Shown piece after piece: positions 56,901-59,803 of a stretch of DNA of 64,000 bases. The DNA is taken from NCBI GenBank assembly GCA_977016875.1, contig CDRNST010000331.1, forward strand, positions 1,364,001-1,428,000, given 5' to 3'. Made by a program: the position numbers and the translations under genes. The notes below the pieces were generated by a model. The model saw only the letters and a program-made list of their open reading frames with translations. It was not told the DNA's origin and ran no database searches. This stretch comes from Pavona decussata. Its lineage: Eukaryota. Every line of letters starts with the position of its first letter. Position 1 is the first letter of the stretch.

Positions 56901-58862
56901 AATCTTGAGAATTTACACGCTATACGTCTTTCAAATATTTCTTCAGTGTTGTACATTTTACAGTCCCCGCTGTCTATACACATTCTCCTCCGCCGGACCT
57001 TACCACACAGTACCTCGCTATCAATCGATAAAACAAATCACTAAAATTCTTCATTGTTTTTCAGCTCCTGGCGAAGGTTATATCGACATCAAAGATGACA
57101 CGCTGTGGGGAGGTGACGATGAACTTGTACCTGTCGATCTCAACACCTTACCTGCCCGCGCGTTCGTTACGTACAAGTTTGGTTCGTTCATTGTAGACTT
57201 GTTAGCCGTCCACTGCCACCATCTGCCTGTCACGCTTCTGCTCGCGGACAAACTGCCTCCAAACACGCATCTCCAGAGAAACGCCTTCCGCAACTCGTTC
57301 TTCTACGACGCTACCAACCGCATTTTGTACGTGCGCACGGAGCGGATGGACAACGTTGGAGAGTTCGTGTTAGTCTTGGTTCACTGTCTGTCACATATCG
57401 CTTGTGGCGACTTGCGTGACGACTCACATCCGGGCTTCTTGAAGGAGTTCCATCACGCCCTCGCCGTCATGTGCGATGACTTGTTCTTCGCGCGTTATCG
57501 CCGTTCTTCTGCGCTTGCGCGCACGCTGTCGTCACTTCCGACAGATGATGATCTAGAGAGTGCTAGCCGGATGTTGTTGGAGTCCGTATTTGGCGATGCC
57601 CATACAGAAGCTGACAAGTCAAACGTCGTGGAAGGACTCTTGGATGCGAAGCTACTGCGTGGTGCAAACAAAGACGGCGTGCATTTTACAAATGATGGCA
57701 TCGTAGAGCGATTGTCAAAGTACAGCAATTTTGCCGTTGAATCCAAACTGCGCTCGTTCCTCGGTGATGTTGAAGATAAGGCTACTCAAGCTCGGTTGCA
57801 AGGTACAGAAGAGTTTATTGACAAGAGACTTAACGAGCTTCAAGGCCCACAGGCAAAAGAAAGGCCAATTTCACGCTATGTTCAGTCACGAGGCAATTTG
57901 ATGTCACGCGGTATGTCACGGCAGATTTCCCGAGCGATGGCCACGTCACGCACTGCTACTGGTTTACCGATCTCTGGAAAATCACCCGCTGTTCGGCCAG
58001 TAGAAGACGAAGATCTTTACAAGACGTTCCTACAGGTATGTTCTGCCTTTGTTGGTCTCAGTTGTACCGTAACTAGGTTGTCTTTTGATTGTCGATAATA
58101 ATTACTGTGTGATTGGTTTTTCGTTTCTTTAGCTCTTTAACAGTTACTGGTTAAAATATCTCGTACAACATGCCCTTACCATTCAGAAGAAAACGCTGTT
58201 TATTTCAACCAACCAGGAGCTTATCCTCGTTTTCTCGCTCTTGTCTTCGTTTCCGTGTAATTTCCCGCGCTTTTTACCCATCGCATTTTTTCCCGCGCTT
58301 TTTAGCCCTAGTTTCCCGCTTGCGCCACCAGTTGCTTGTTTTCCCGCGCTTACCTCCAATTGCTTGTTTTAGCTTCAAGTTCTGATTACTGGTGGTAGAT
58401 GAGAGGTTTAATTAATGTATTACCTATGACATAACTTTACCATCACAGGTTCAAGTAGATGATATGGATGACACTGTAGACGCATTGAACCAAGAGTTTG
58501 CGCAGCTTTCCAGACAATCCCTCGAAATCACCACAAACCTACGAGAGCTAGAACAAGAACTACTGGCTCAAACAGACCTCTTCAGAGAGTCAGCGGAGGG
58601 CAGCATGGAACATGCGCAACACAAGAATGCTGTGCGTGAAACAACCACCAAGATCACCACAGCAAAGGCTTCGCTTGAGTCCATTGAACTGCAAAAGAGT
58701 AACTGCCTAGAGCGGCTGAACTTGTTCAAGAAAAGACTAGAGGAAAAACAAGCCCAGTTGGAGCAACATGCCAGTAAACCAGAGAGCGAAAGAAAACAAC
58801 AAGCAGAGAGGAAACTACAGTCCGCCATTGGCAAGTCACCCAAGAAAAAGACGAAGAAGTAA
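590..58862 (+). CDS. Giant multi-exon gene (57 coding exons in window, 5'-partial): Cys-rich GCC2/GCC3 (ephrin-receptor-like) repeat single-pass membrane protein with coiled-coil cytoplasmic tail, >=~6,700 aa
   Basis: All exons listed below are bounded by AG/GT with compatible phases. Lengths sum to 20,093 nt, in frame to TAA at 58860-58862. Continuous CPxGxYC repeats, then a TM helix, then coiled coils. Confidence 0.9.
921..1228 (-). mobile_element. tRNA-derived SINE (V-domain-like), CpG-decayed copy
   Basis: Reverse complement matches 49095-49370 and it aligns with 27284-27535; A/B-box-like head and CTCCGGGTACTCC core. Confidence 0.8.
1424..1596 (+). CDS. Exon 2 (Cys-repeat)
   Basis: aaag|GA ACC...GCC AAG|gtaag; GTKRGNEFPCPAGTY...DVRGAK. 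Confidence 0.85.
1840..1921. mobile_element. Short fold-back MITE with 9-bp TSD
   Basis: Arms TAGCTTGCGAACGCAGACGTATTTCTGGC / GCCAGAAATACGTCTGTGTTTGCAGGCTA, flanked by cGTAGCAAG and tGTAGCAAG. Confidence 0.7.
2306..2401 (+). CDS. Exon 3 (Cys-repeat)
   Basis: tttag|AAC CAA...TAT TCG|gtaag; NQLEGCKQCVAGYYCP...ANYS. Confidence 0.85.
2956..3147 (+). CDS. Exon 4 (Cys-repeat)
   Basis: cccag|GGT CCT...GAT GAG|gtaag; GPGAFVCTTCEAGHYC...GHYCLRGDE. Confidence 0.85.
3625..3747 (+). CDS. Exon 5 (Cys-repeat)
   Basis: aacag|AAT GCC...AAA GTG|gtaag; NAYPIKCPNGTF...GHYCEPEGLTKV. Confidence 0.85.
3763..3800. repeat. (CAT)n microsatellite
   Basis: Direct reading; a similar tract lies at ~17930-17961. Confidence 0.85.
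3938..4120 (+). CDS. Exon 6 (Cys-repeat)
   Basis: ctcag|GCT AAT...CCA GAG|gtaag; ANVCPPGYFCPEG...PKTCPE. Confidence 0.87.
4626..4820 (+). CDS. Exon 7 (Cys-repeat)
   Basis: tatag|GGC TTC...ACT TCT|gtaag; GFFCPTGTTIPQPCPSG...GFYCSGRAYTS. Confidence 0.87.
4924..5101. mobile_element. Palindromic MITE (copy 1)
   Basis: AATAGCCCAATTTCGATA...TATCGAAATTGGGCTATT; second copy at 20211-20371. Confidence 0.78.
5478..5762. mobile_element. MITE of AGAGCGGTTTTCAATTGAGTGT family, CpG-decayed
   Basis: Aligns by eye with 40255-40523 and, inverted, with 42836-43110; remnant at ~58100-58390. Confidence 0.65.
5785..5936 (+). CDS. Exon 8 (Cys-repeat)
   Basis: aacag|GCA CCA...CCA GG|gtatg; APPEGSPTGGLCPKGGYCP...CDP. 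Confidence 0.87.
5985..6435. repeat. 67-bp minisatellite, ~6.5 copies, inside a - strand SINE-like element (~5970-6625)
   Basis: CAGCATGAAG recurs at 6041, 6108, 6175, 6241, 6308, 6375. Confidence 0.92.
7502..7876. repeat. 125-bp tandem triplication inside a TTAA-ended MITE (~7474-7924)
   Basis: ATTCTCCTATCTTG at 7502, 7627, 7752; near-identical units; single-unit relatives at ~35150-35250 and ~35600-35790. Confidence 0.9.
7977..8145 (+). CDS. Exon 9 (Cys-repeat)
   Basis: ttcag|G TTC TAC...CAA GAG|gtaca; FYCAGDTNPEPTGPC...CPVGTYQE. Confidence 0.87.
8150..8507 (-). mobile_element. LINE (CR1/L2-like) 3' remnant
   Basis: ORF 8301..8534(-) ends GQRTFHYRAVSLWNSLP...FKKEL, typical ORF2 C-terminus, then an AT-rich 3' tail. 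Confidence 0.8.
8880..9014 (+). CDS. Exon 10 (Cys-repeat)
   Basis: ttcag|ACT GAT...CCA CCT|gtaag; TDRAEQCTNC...PTACPP. Confidence 0.87.
10145..10297 (+). CDS. Exon 11 (Cys-repeat)
   Basis: tacag|GGT ACA...ACT CCA|gtaag; GTYNPNDG...GYYCTGASPSPTP. Confidence 0.87.
10651..11000 (+). CDS. Exon 12 (Cys-repeat)
   Basis: ttcag|AAT AAT...TAC AG|gtatt; NNGSLFSNITYGGICPAGYYCP...CVPGTY. Confidence 0.87.
12049..12214 (+). CDS. Exon 13 (Cys-repeat)
   Basis: ttcag|C AAT GTC...CCC CAG|gttag; NVTGLEACLQC...CPSGTWNPQ. Confidence 0.87.
12430..12642 (-). mobile_element. Decayed tRNA-derived SINE-like element
   Basis: tRNA-like head on - strand near 12570-12640; heavily decayed. Confidence 0.5.
12684..13017 (+). 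CDS. Exon 14 (Cys-repeat)
   Basis: tttag|CTG AGT...ACC G|gtaag; LSLARENECPPCP...NLTEPT. Confidence 0.87.
13090..13379. mobile_element. Non-autonomous element with long terminal hairpin (copy 1)
   Basis: Reverse complement of 44237-44530; hairpin loop deleted in this copy. Confidence 0.75.
13676..14875 (+). CDS. Exon 15 (1,200 nt, Cys-repeat)
   Basis: aacag|GA AAG TGT...TAT G|gtaag; overlaps ORF 13798..14889. Confidence 0.9.
15658..16043 (+). CDS. Exon 16 (Cys-repeat)
   Basis: ttcag|GT TCA...TGT GAG|gtatg; within ORF 15645..16142. Confidence 0.88.
16056..16304. mobile_element. MITE with CAGGG-type end and internal CTCGCA/GGTTAG repeats
   Basis: Imperfect TIR; flanking direct repeat ATTAT (TAATTATCAGG occurs at both ends). 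Confidence 0.55.
16891..17280. mobile_element. Kolobok-like MITE (TTAA-AGGG...CCCT-TTAA)
   Basis: TTAA flanks and AGGG termini; relatives at 43678-44064, 53204-53583, 62231-63311. Confidence 0.75.
17379..17574 (+). CDS. Exon 17 (Cys-repeat)
   Basis: actag|GAT GGA...ACA A|gtaag; DGTYMKDPLADACLDC...GLSNIT. Confidence 0.87.
18160..18784 (+). CDS. Exon 18 (Cys-repeat)
   Basis: tgaag|GT TGT...CTG AG|gtaac; within ORF 18102..18788. Confidence 0.87.
19155..19408 (+). CDS. Exon 19 (Cys-repeat)
   Basis: cacag|T GAT TGC...AGA G|gtaac; DCTPCRPGKFC...GSHEPTPCLR. Confidence 0.87.
19522..20100 (+). CDS. Exon 20 (Cys-repeat)
   Basis: cttag|GA CAT TAC...GCA G|gtaag; HYCAVAELSNVTGPC...HKCPA. Confidence 0.87.
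20211..20371. mobile_element. Palindromic MITE (copy 2)
   Basis: Same termini and internal arms as 4924-5101. Confidence 0.78.
20565..20751 (+). CDS. Exon 21 (Cys-repeat)
   Basis: tccag|GA ACC...AAA GG|gtgag; TFNNRTHGESVADC...GVICPK. Confidence 0.87.
20888..20930 (-). ncRNA. Minimal hammerhead ribozyme motif, stem II degraded
   Basis: - strand GACU CUGAUGA U GAC...UUU GAAA C GUC AGUC; perfect stem I. Confidence 0.6.
21595..21809 (+). CDS. Exon 22 (Cys-repeat)
   Basis: tacag|T CAC TAC...ACT G|gttag; HYCPAGTPIPIPC...PTDGVT. Confidence 0.87.
22094..22255 (+). CDS. Exon 23 (Cys-repeat)
   Basis: tttag|GT GAT...GCT G|gtaag; DVCWIGHFCPEG...PEPCPA. Confidence 0.87.
22755..25715 (+). CDS. Exon 24 (2,961 nt, Cys-repeat)
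   Basis: atcag|GC TGG TAT...GCA G|gtttg; corresponds to the 984-aa ORF 22769..25723. Confidence 0.92.
26104..26223 (+). CDS. Exon 25 (Cys-repeat)
   Basis: gatag|GT CAC...GCT G|gtaag; HFCVNGSTTSTPTDGVTG...GCPA. Confidence 0.86.
26468..26956 (+). CDS. Exon 26 (Cys-repeat)
   Basis: ttcag|GA ACA...ACA G|gtatg; TFYNDTGLQNETGC...YMNHT. Confidence 0.87.
27284..27535 (-). mobile_element. tRNA-derived SINE (V-domain-like)
   Basis: Same family as 921-1228 and 49095-49370. Confidence 0.8.
27593..27832 (+). CDS. Exon 27 (Cys-repeat)
   Basis: tttag|GT GCT...GGA G|gtacg; ASYCYVCPAG...TGKCKG. Confidence 0.87.
28387..28563 (+). CDS. Exon 28 (Cys-repeat)
   Basis: tttag|GT TTC...GCA G|gtgcg; FFCTSGVNVSAP...CDVCPA. 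Confidence 0.87.
28765..29118 (+). CDS. Exon 29 (Cys-repeat)
   Basis: tccag|GT AAA...ACA G|gtagc; KYCNGTTVTPASC...CPAWNKTT. Confidence 0.87.
30030..30635 (+). CDS. Exon 30 (Cys-repeat)
   Basis: tttag|GT GAC...GAA C|gtaag; within ORF 29975..30643. Confidence 0.88.
30964..31446 (+). CDS. Exon 31 (Cys-repeat)
   Basis: tccag|GT ACT...TCC G|gtgag; TYNDRLGLMAIGNC...FFCPS. Confidence 0.87.
32196..32406. mobile_element. TTAA-ended (piggyBac-like) MITE
   Basis: TTAATCCTTTA...TAGAGGGTTAA; related copies at ~2586-2790, ~11400-11620, ~16700-16890. Confidence 0.6.
32440..32687 (+). CDS. Exon 32 (Cys-repeat)
   Basis: attag|GA AAC...TGC GAG|gtaaa; NYTALSCPPG...GSYCE. Confidence 0.85.
33114..33510 (+). 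CDS. Exon 33 (Cys-repeat)
   Basis: cacag|GCA CCT...CCA G|gtttg; APAQTTPKGPC...QECEP. Confidence 0.86.
34226..34282. repeat. (TTTA)n(TTTG)n microsatellite forming the pyrimidine tract of exon 34
   Basis: Direct reading; abuts the cgcag acceptor at 34287. Confidence 0.85.
34288..34707 (+). CDS. Exon 34 (Cys-repeat)
   Basis: cgcag|GT TAT...CAT C|gtaag; YNQINTGQPDCDPC...KFCLH. Confidence 0.85.
35425..35592 (+). CDS. Exon 35 (Cys-repeat)
   Basis: gacag|AT TAT...AAT G|gtaac; YWYPVEAGPCQEGYYCP...GRYCLN. Confidence 0.85.
36298..36475 (+). mobile_element. tRNA-like SINE-type repeat (copy 1)
   Basis: GTAGCTTAGTGGTAG...GGTTTGACTCC; inverted homolog at 49705-49875. Confidence 0.65.
36492..36935 (+). 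CDS. Exon 36 (Cys-repeat)
   Basis: tttag|GA ACA...CCA G|gtgtg; within ORF 36479..36943. Confidence 0.87.
37054..37565. mobile_element. PIF/Harbinger-like MITE with GATAGT subterminal repeats
   Basis: TTA|AGCCCTGTTCAAACGGCGCATGA...TCATGCGTCATTTGACCAGGGCT|TTA. Confidence 0.8.
37905..38250. repeat. ~105-bp tandem repeat, ~3 copies (also 48460-48625)
   Basis: AAACAG(C/T)ACCACA(A/G)GAAAGTACTG at 37937, 38041, 38147. Confidence 0.85.
38394..38989 (+). CDS. Exon 37 (last Cys-repeats)
   Basis: cacag|GT GGT...CCT ATG|gtttg; within ORF 38366..39043. Confidence 0.87.
39057..39195. mobile_element. Short palindromic MITE
   Basis: TATAGAGTGTGTGCACGACGGCCATGTTGGAGGA...TCCTCCAACATGGCCGCCGTGCACACACTCTATA. 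Confidence 0.78.
40255..40523. mobile_element. MITE (TIR TAGAGCGGTTTTCAATTGA), inserted in a TTAA-type MITE
   Basis: TAGAGCGGTTTTCAATTGAGTGT...ACATTCAATTAGAAACCGTTCTA. Confidence 0.75.
40667..41521 (+). CDS. Exon 38 (membrane-proximal ectodomain, RRRRR furin-type site)
   Basis: ttcag|GAT GCT...ACC CAG|gtaaa; within ORF 40610..41596. Confidence 0.88.
42096..42147 (-). ncRNA. Hammerhead-like motif in a Penelope-like remnant
   Basis: - strand CA CUGAUGA U GACA-GAAGUCUA-UGUC GAAA CAUGU U; stem I imperfect. Confidence 0.55.
42405..42670 (-). mobile_element. LINE (CR1-like) 3' remnant
   Basis: - strand translates TNYYKNSFSYSGAILWNSLPCNLREAESLGQFKRLLKEL*, then 3' UTR and a short-repeat tail. Confidence 0.8.
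42836..43110. mobile_element. MITE, same family as 40255-40523, opposite orientation
   Basis: TAGAGCGGTTTTCAATGG start; internal CCAATC/GATTGG motifs. Confidence 0.65.
43489..43675 (+). CDS. Exon 39 (transmembrane helix)
   Basis: aaaag|CCC CAG (alternative in-frame acceptor starting 43495)...CCA G|gtggg; WGVIWGMTIFMLVCIIMLVIAVIIW followed by RPK. Confidence 0.82.
43678..44064. mobile_element. Kolobok-like MITE copy
   Basis: Aligns with 16891-17280; ends GGCGACACTGCTTCTTTAA. Confidence 0.72.
44237..44530. mobile_element. Non-autonomous element with long terminal hairpin (copy 2)
   Basis: Hairpin AACAATAAGATTATT...CTATCGCGTGATAGCTGAT-loop-ATCAGCTATCACGCGATAG...AATAATCTAATTGTT. Confidence 0.75.
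44544..44839 (+). CDS. Exon 40 (juxtamembrane cytoplasmic)
   Basis: tacag|GT ATT...AGT GAG|gtatg; ...FELENFNVRTLYDKLEDQ... Confidence 0.87.
45333..45489 (+). CDS. Exon 41 (cytoplasmic)
   Basis: tgcag|GGT GGT...CCT G|gtgag. Confidence 0.82.
46086..46262. other. Assembly gap (177 N)
   Basis: Run of N in the intron between exons 41 and 42. Confidence 0.99.
46312..46586 (+). CDS. Exon 42 (cytoplasmic)
   Basis: tgtag|GC GTG...GAA CAA|gtaag; phase matches exon 41 across the N gap. Confidence 0.83.
47043..47220. mobile_element. Tc1/pogo-like MITE
   Basis: CAGTCAAACCTCG...GAGGTTCCACTG|TA; internal GTGTCCGT repeats. Confidence 0.7.
47473..47712 (+). CDS. Exon 43 (coiled coil)
   Basis: aatag|GAA GAA...GAA GAG|gtaaa. 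Confidence 0.86.
47722..47900 (+). mobile_element. SINE fragment with Deu/Nin-like domain
   Basis: CTCGGATAAGAACGATAAACCGTAGGTCCTGTC...AAAGAACCCACAC...TTCGAAAAGAGTAGGGG resembles the Deu/Nin SINE domain (recognised from memory). Confidence 0.55.
48164..48361 (+). CDS. Exon 44 (coiled coil)
   Basis: aaaag|GCT GAG...ATG GTG|gtaag; AEKSNIRLDDVPPL...FCAMV. Confidence 0.8.
48663..48866 (+). CDS. Exon 45 (coiled coil)
   Basis: accag|GAT GAC...GCC AAG|gtaaa. Confidence 0.86.
49095..49370 (+). mobile_element. tRNA-derived SINE (V-domain-like), near-intact
   Basis: A box TGGCGCAGTGG, B box GGTTCGATTCC, core CTCCGGGTACTCCGG, (ATTT)n tail. Confidence 0.85.
49485..49661 (+). CDS. Exon 46 (coiled coil)
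   Basis: tgcag|GTC ATC...GAG AAG|gtgcg. Confidence 0.86.
49705..49875 (-). mobile_element. tRNA-like SINE-type repeat (copy 2)
   Basis: - strand reads GTAGCTCAGTGGTAGAGCATCCG...GGTTTGACTC; flanks shared with 36298-36475. Confidence 0.65.
50114..50236 (+). CDS. Exon 47 (coiled coil)
   Basis: ttcag|TTC ACC...ACC AAG|gtaat; FTKDNLDAVLQQQIMDQF...LEDTK. Confidence 0.83.
50371..50550 (+). CDS. Exon 48 (coiled coil)
   Basis: tacag|GCC AAA...GAA GAG|gttgg. Confidence 0.84.
50806..51127. mobile_element. Harbinger-like MITE
   Basis: GGGGGCTGCTTACATGG...CCATGCAAACAGCCCCT. Confidence 0.6.
51215..51442 (+). CDS. Exon 49 (coiled coil)
   Basis: tgcag|GCA CTA...CAA CAG|gtaaa. Confidence 0.86.
51765..51968 (+). 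CDS. Exon 50 (coiled coil)
   Basis: ttcag|CTT TTG...GAG CAC|gtgag. Confidence 0.86.
52237..52317 (+). CDS. Exon 51 (coiled coil)
   Basis: ggcag|GTT AAG...AGA AAG|gtaag. Confidence 0.84.
52807..53160 (+). CDS. Exon 52 (coiled coil)
   Basis: gacag|GTT CTC...TAT CAG|gtttg. Confidence 0.86.
53204..53583. mobile_element. Kolobok-like MITE copy
   Basis: TTAAAGGGGCACTGTGAC...GGCGACACTGCCCTTTCAA. Confidence 0.75.
53920..54082 (+). CDS. Exon 53 (coiled coil)
   Basis: ctcag|GAA TAC...GAA G|gtttg. Confidence 0.86.
54246..54279 (-). ncRNA. Minimal type I hammerhead ribozyme motif (Penelope-type)
   Basis: - strand GCU CUGACGA A GGGC-UAAC-GCUC GAAA C GUC AAC: intact core, stem II, GUC site, one stem I mismatch. 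Confidence 0.7.
54349..54692 (+). CDS. Exon 54 (coiled coil)
   Basis: tttag|CG TTT...GCC AAG|gtatg. Confidence 0.86.
54978..55308 (+). CDS. Exon 55 (end of coiled coil, poly-Pro linker)
   Basis: tgtag|GTC GAC...CCC G|gtaag. Confidence 0.86.
55497..56707. mobile_element. 1.2-kb non-autonomous DNA transposon, ~40-bp TIR, 3-bp TSD; nested MITE at ~55647-55859
   Basis: AAC|AGAGACTTTAAGCATCGACGACGGG...CCCGTCGTCGATGCTTAAAGTCTCT|AAC. Confidence 0.85.
57065..58035 (+). CDS. Exon 56 (globular cytoplasmic domain with HCLSH motif)
   Basis: ttcag|CT CCT...CTA CAG|gtatg; within ORF 56905..58098. Confidence 0.88.
58449..58862 (+). CDS. Exon 57, terminal coding exon (coiled coil, basic C-terminus, stop)
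   Basis: cacag|GTT CAA...AAG AAG TAA; ends SPKKKTKK*. Confidence 0.88.
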   Translation, partial: VQVDDMDDTVDALNQEFAQLSRQSLEITTNLRELEQELLAQTDLFRESAEGSMEHAQHKNAVRETTTKITTAKASLESIELQKSNCLERLNLFKKRLEEKQAQLEQHASKPESERKQQAERKLQSAIGKSPKKKTKK

Positions 58863-59300
58863 ACATTTGTAGAGTTTAGTTAGAATAGACGTAAGCTTAC
58901 CAAGTGCTATCACGTCATAGTTTTGTATTATTTATTTGCGTTGATTGCGAAGTTATTTAAATGAACAAAACTTTAAAATGAGAGATAGTAGAACCTTGTA
59001 AAACCGGATCACGTACTGAACGACAAGAAAAAGTTATTTTTGTAATATTTTTGTATAAGTGAAACGATAGCAGTGCTAAGTTACAATCCTGATGTAGATG
59101 ATCTTATTTCTGTATTCCAAGGTTTGGAATGATAATTTTCAACGCTTTTTTCACTCACTCACCTGGTTGACAACTAGTCGAGTGAATTTTATAATATTTA
59201 CGTACCTTTTCTTATCAAGTAGAAAACATTAAGAAACACCTTTTGGTGTTAAAGTAATTTATAATTTAACATCAATTCAATACCATTCACGAAAATGTAA

Positions 59301-59306
59301 AATAAA
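59301..59306 (+). terminator. Candidate polyadenylation signal AATAAA
   Basis: AATAAA ~440 nt after the stop, with GT-rich sequence downstream. Confidence 0.45.
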
Positions 59307-59803
59307 GTAAGCATTTCTTAACGTAATAGTGTGGTATTTCGTAAGACTGAATAGAACATCCGTCATGTCTTGTTTTTGCTCGAGATGACAGTTGTAAATT
59401 CTTTGATTCCATAGCTTCAATTAAAAGTGTTTTTGTAGACAACTCCCTGGTCTCATCTCTTCAGCTATTTGTATTTCTGGTGGACCATTTTATGATTTTA
59501 TACAGCGGAGAATGAACTTTCACAGTTACGTTCTGGACCGGCGGACTTGTTTTTAGGTCCAATTGTAGCCTAAGAGGAATTTTGGGGGTTTTATTAGACC
59601 ATCGCCTAATCTCCTTGAATTGTCCCTGCGACTAATCTTTTTTATGAAATAGGTAGTTCACACGAAGGAACTTGGTCCCCGGGGCTAGTCGTGGGGACTA
59701 GTCGCAAGGGACTTGTCCCTTCGTGTGTGAATCAGCCATATTTTCACATAAGATCACTGTAATGACCTGTTATATCAAAGGAACAAAGCAAGTCAGTACG
59801 TTA

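Noticed and set aside
58845-58862. KKxx ER-retrieval signal
   Set aside because: Position -3 is Thr, so it does not fit KKxx or KxKxx
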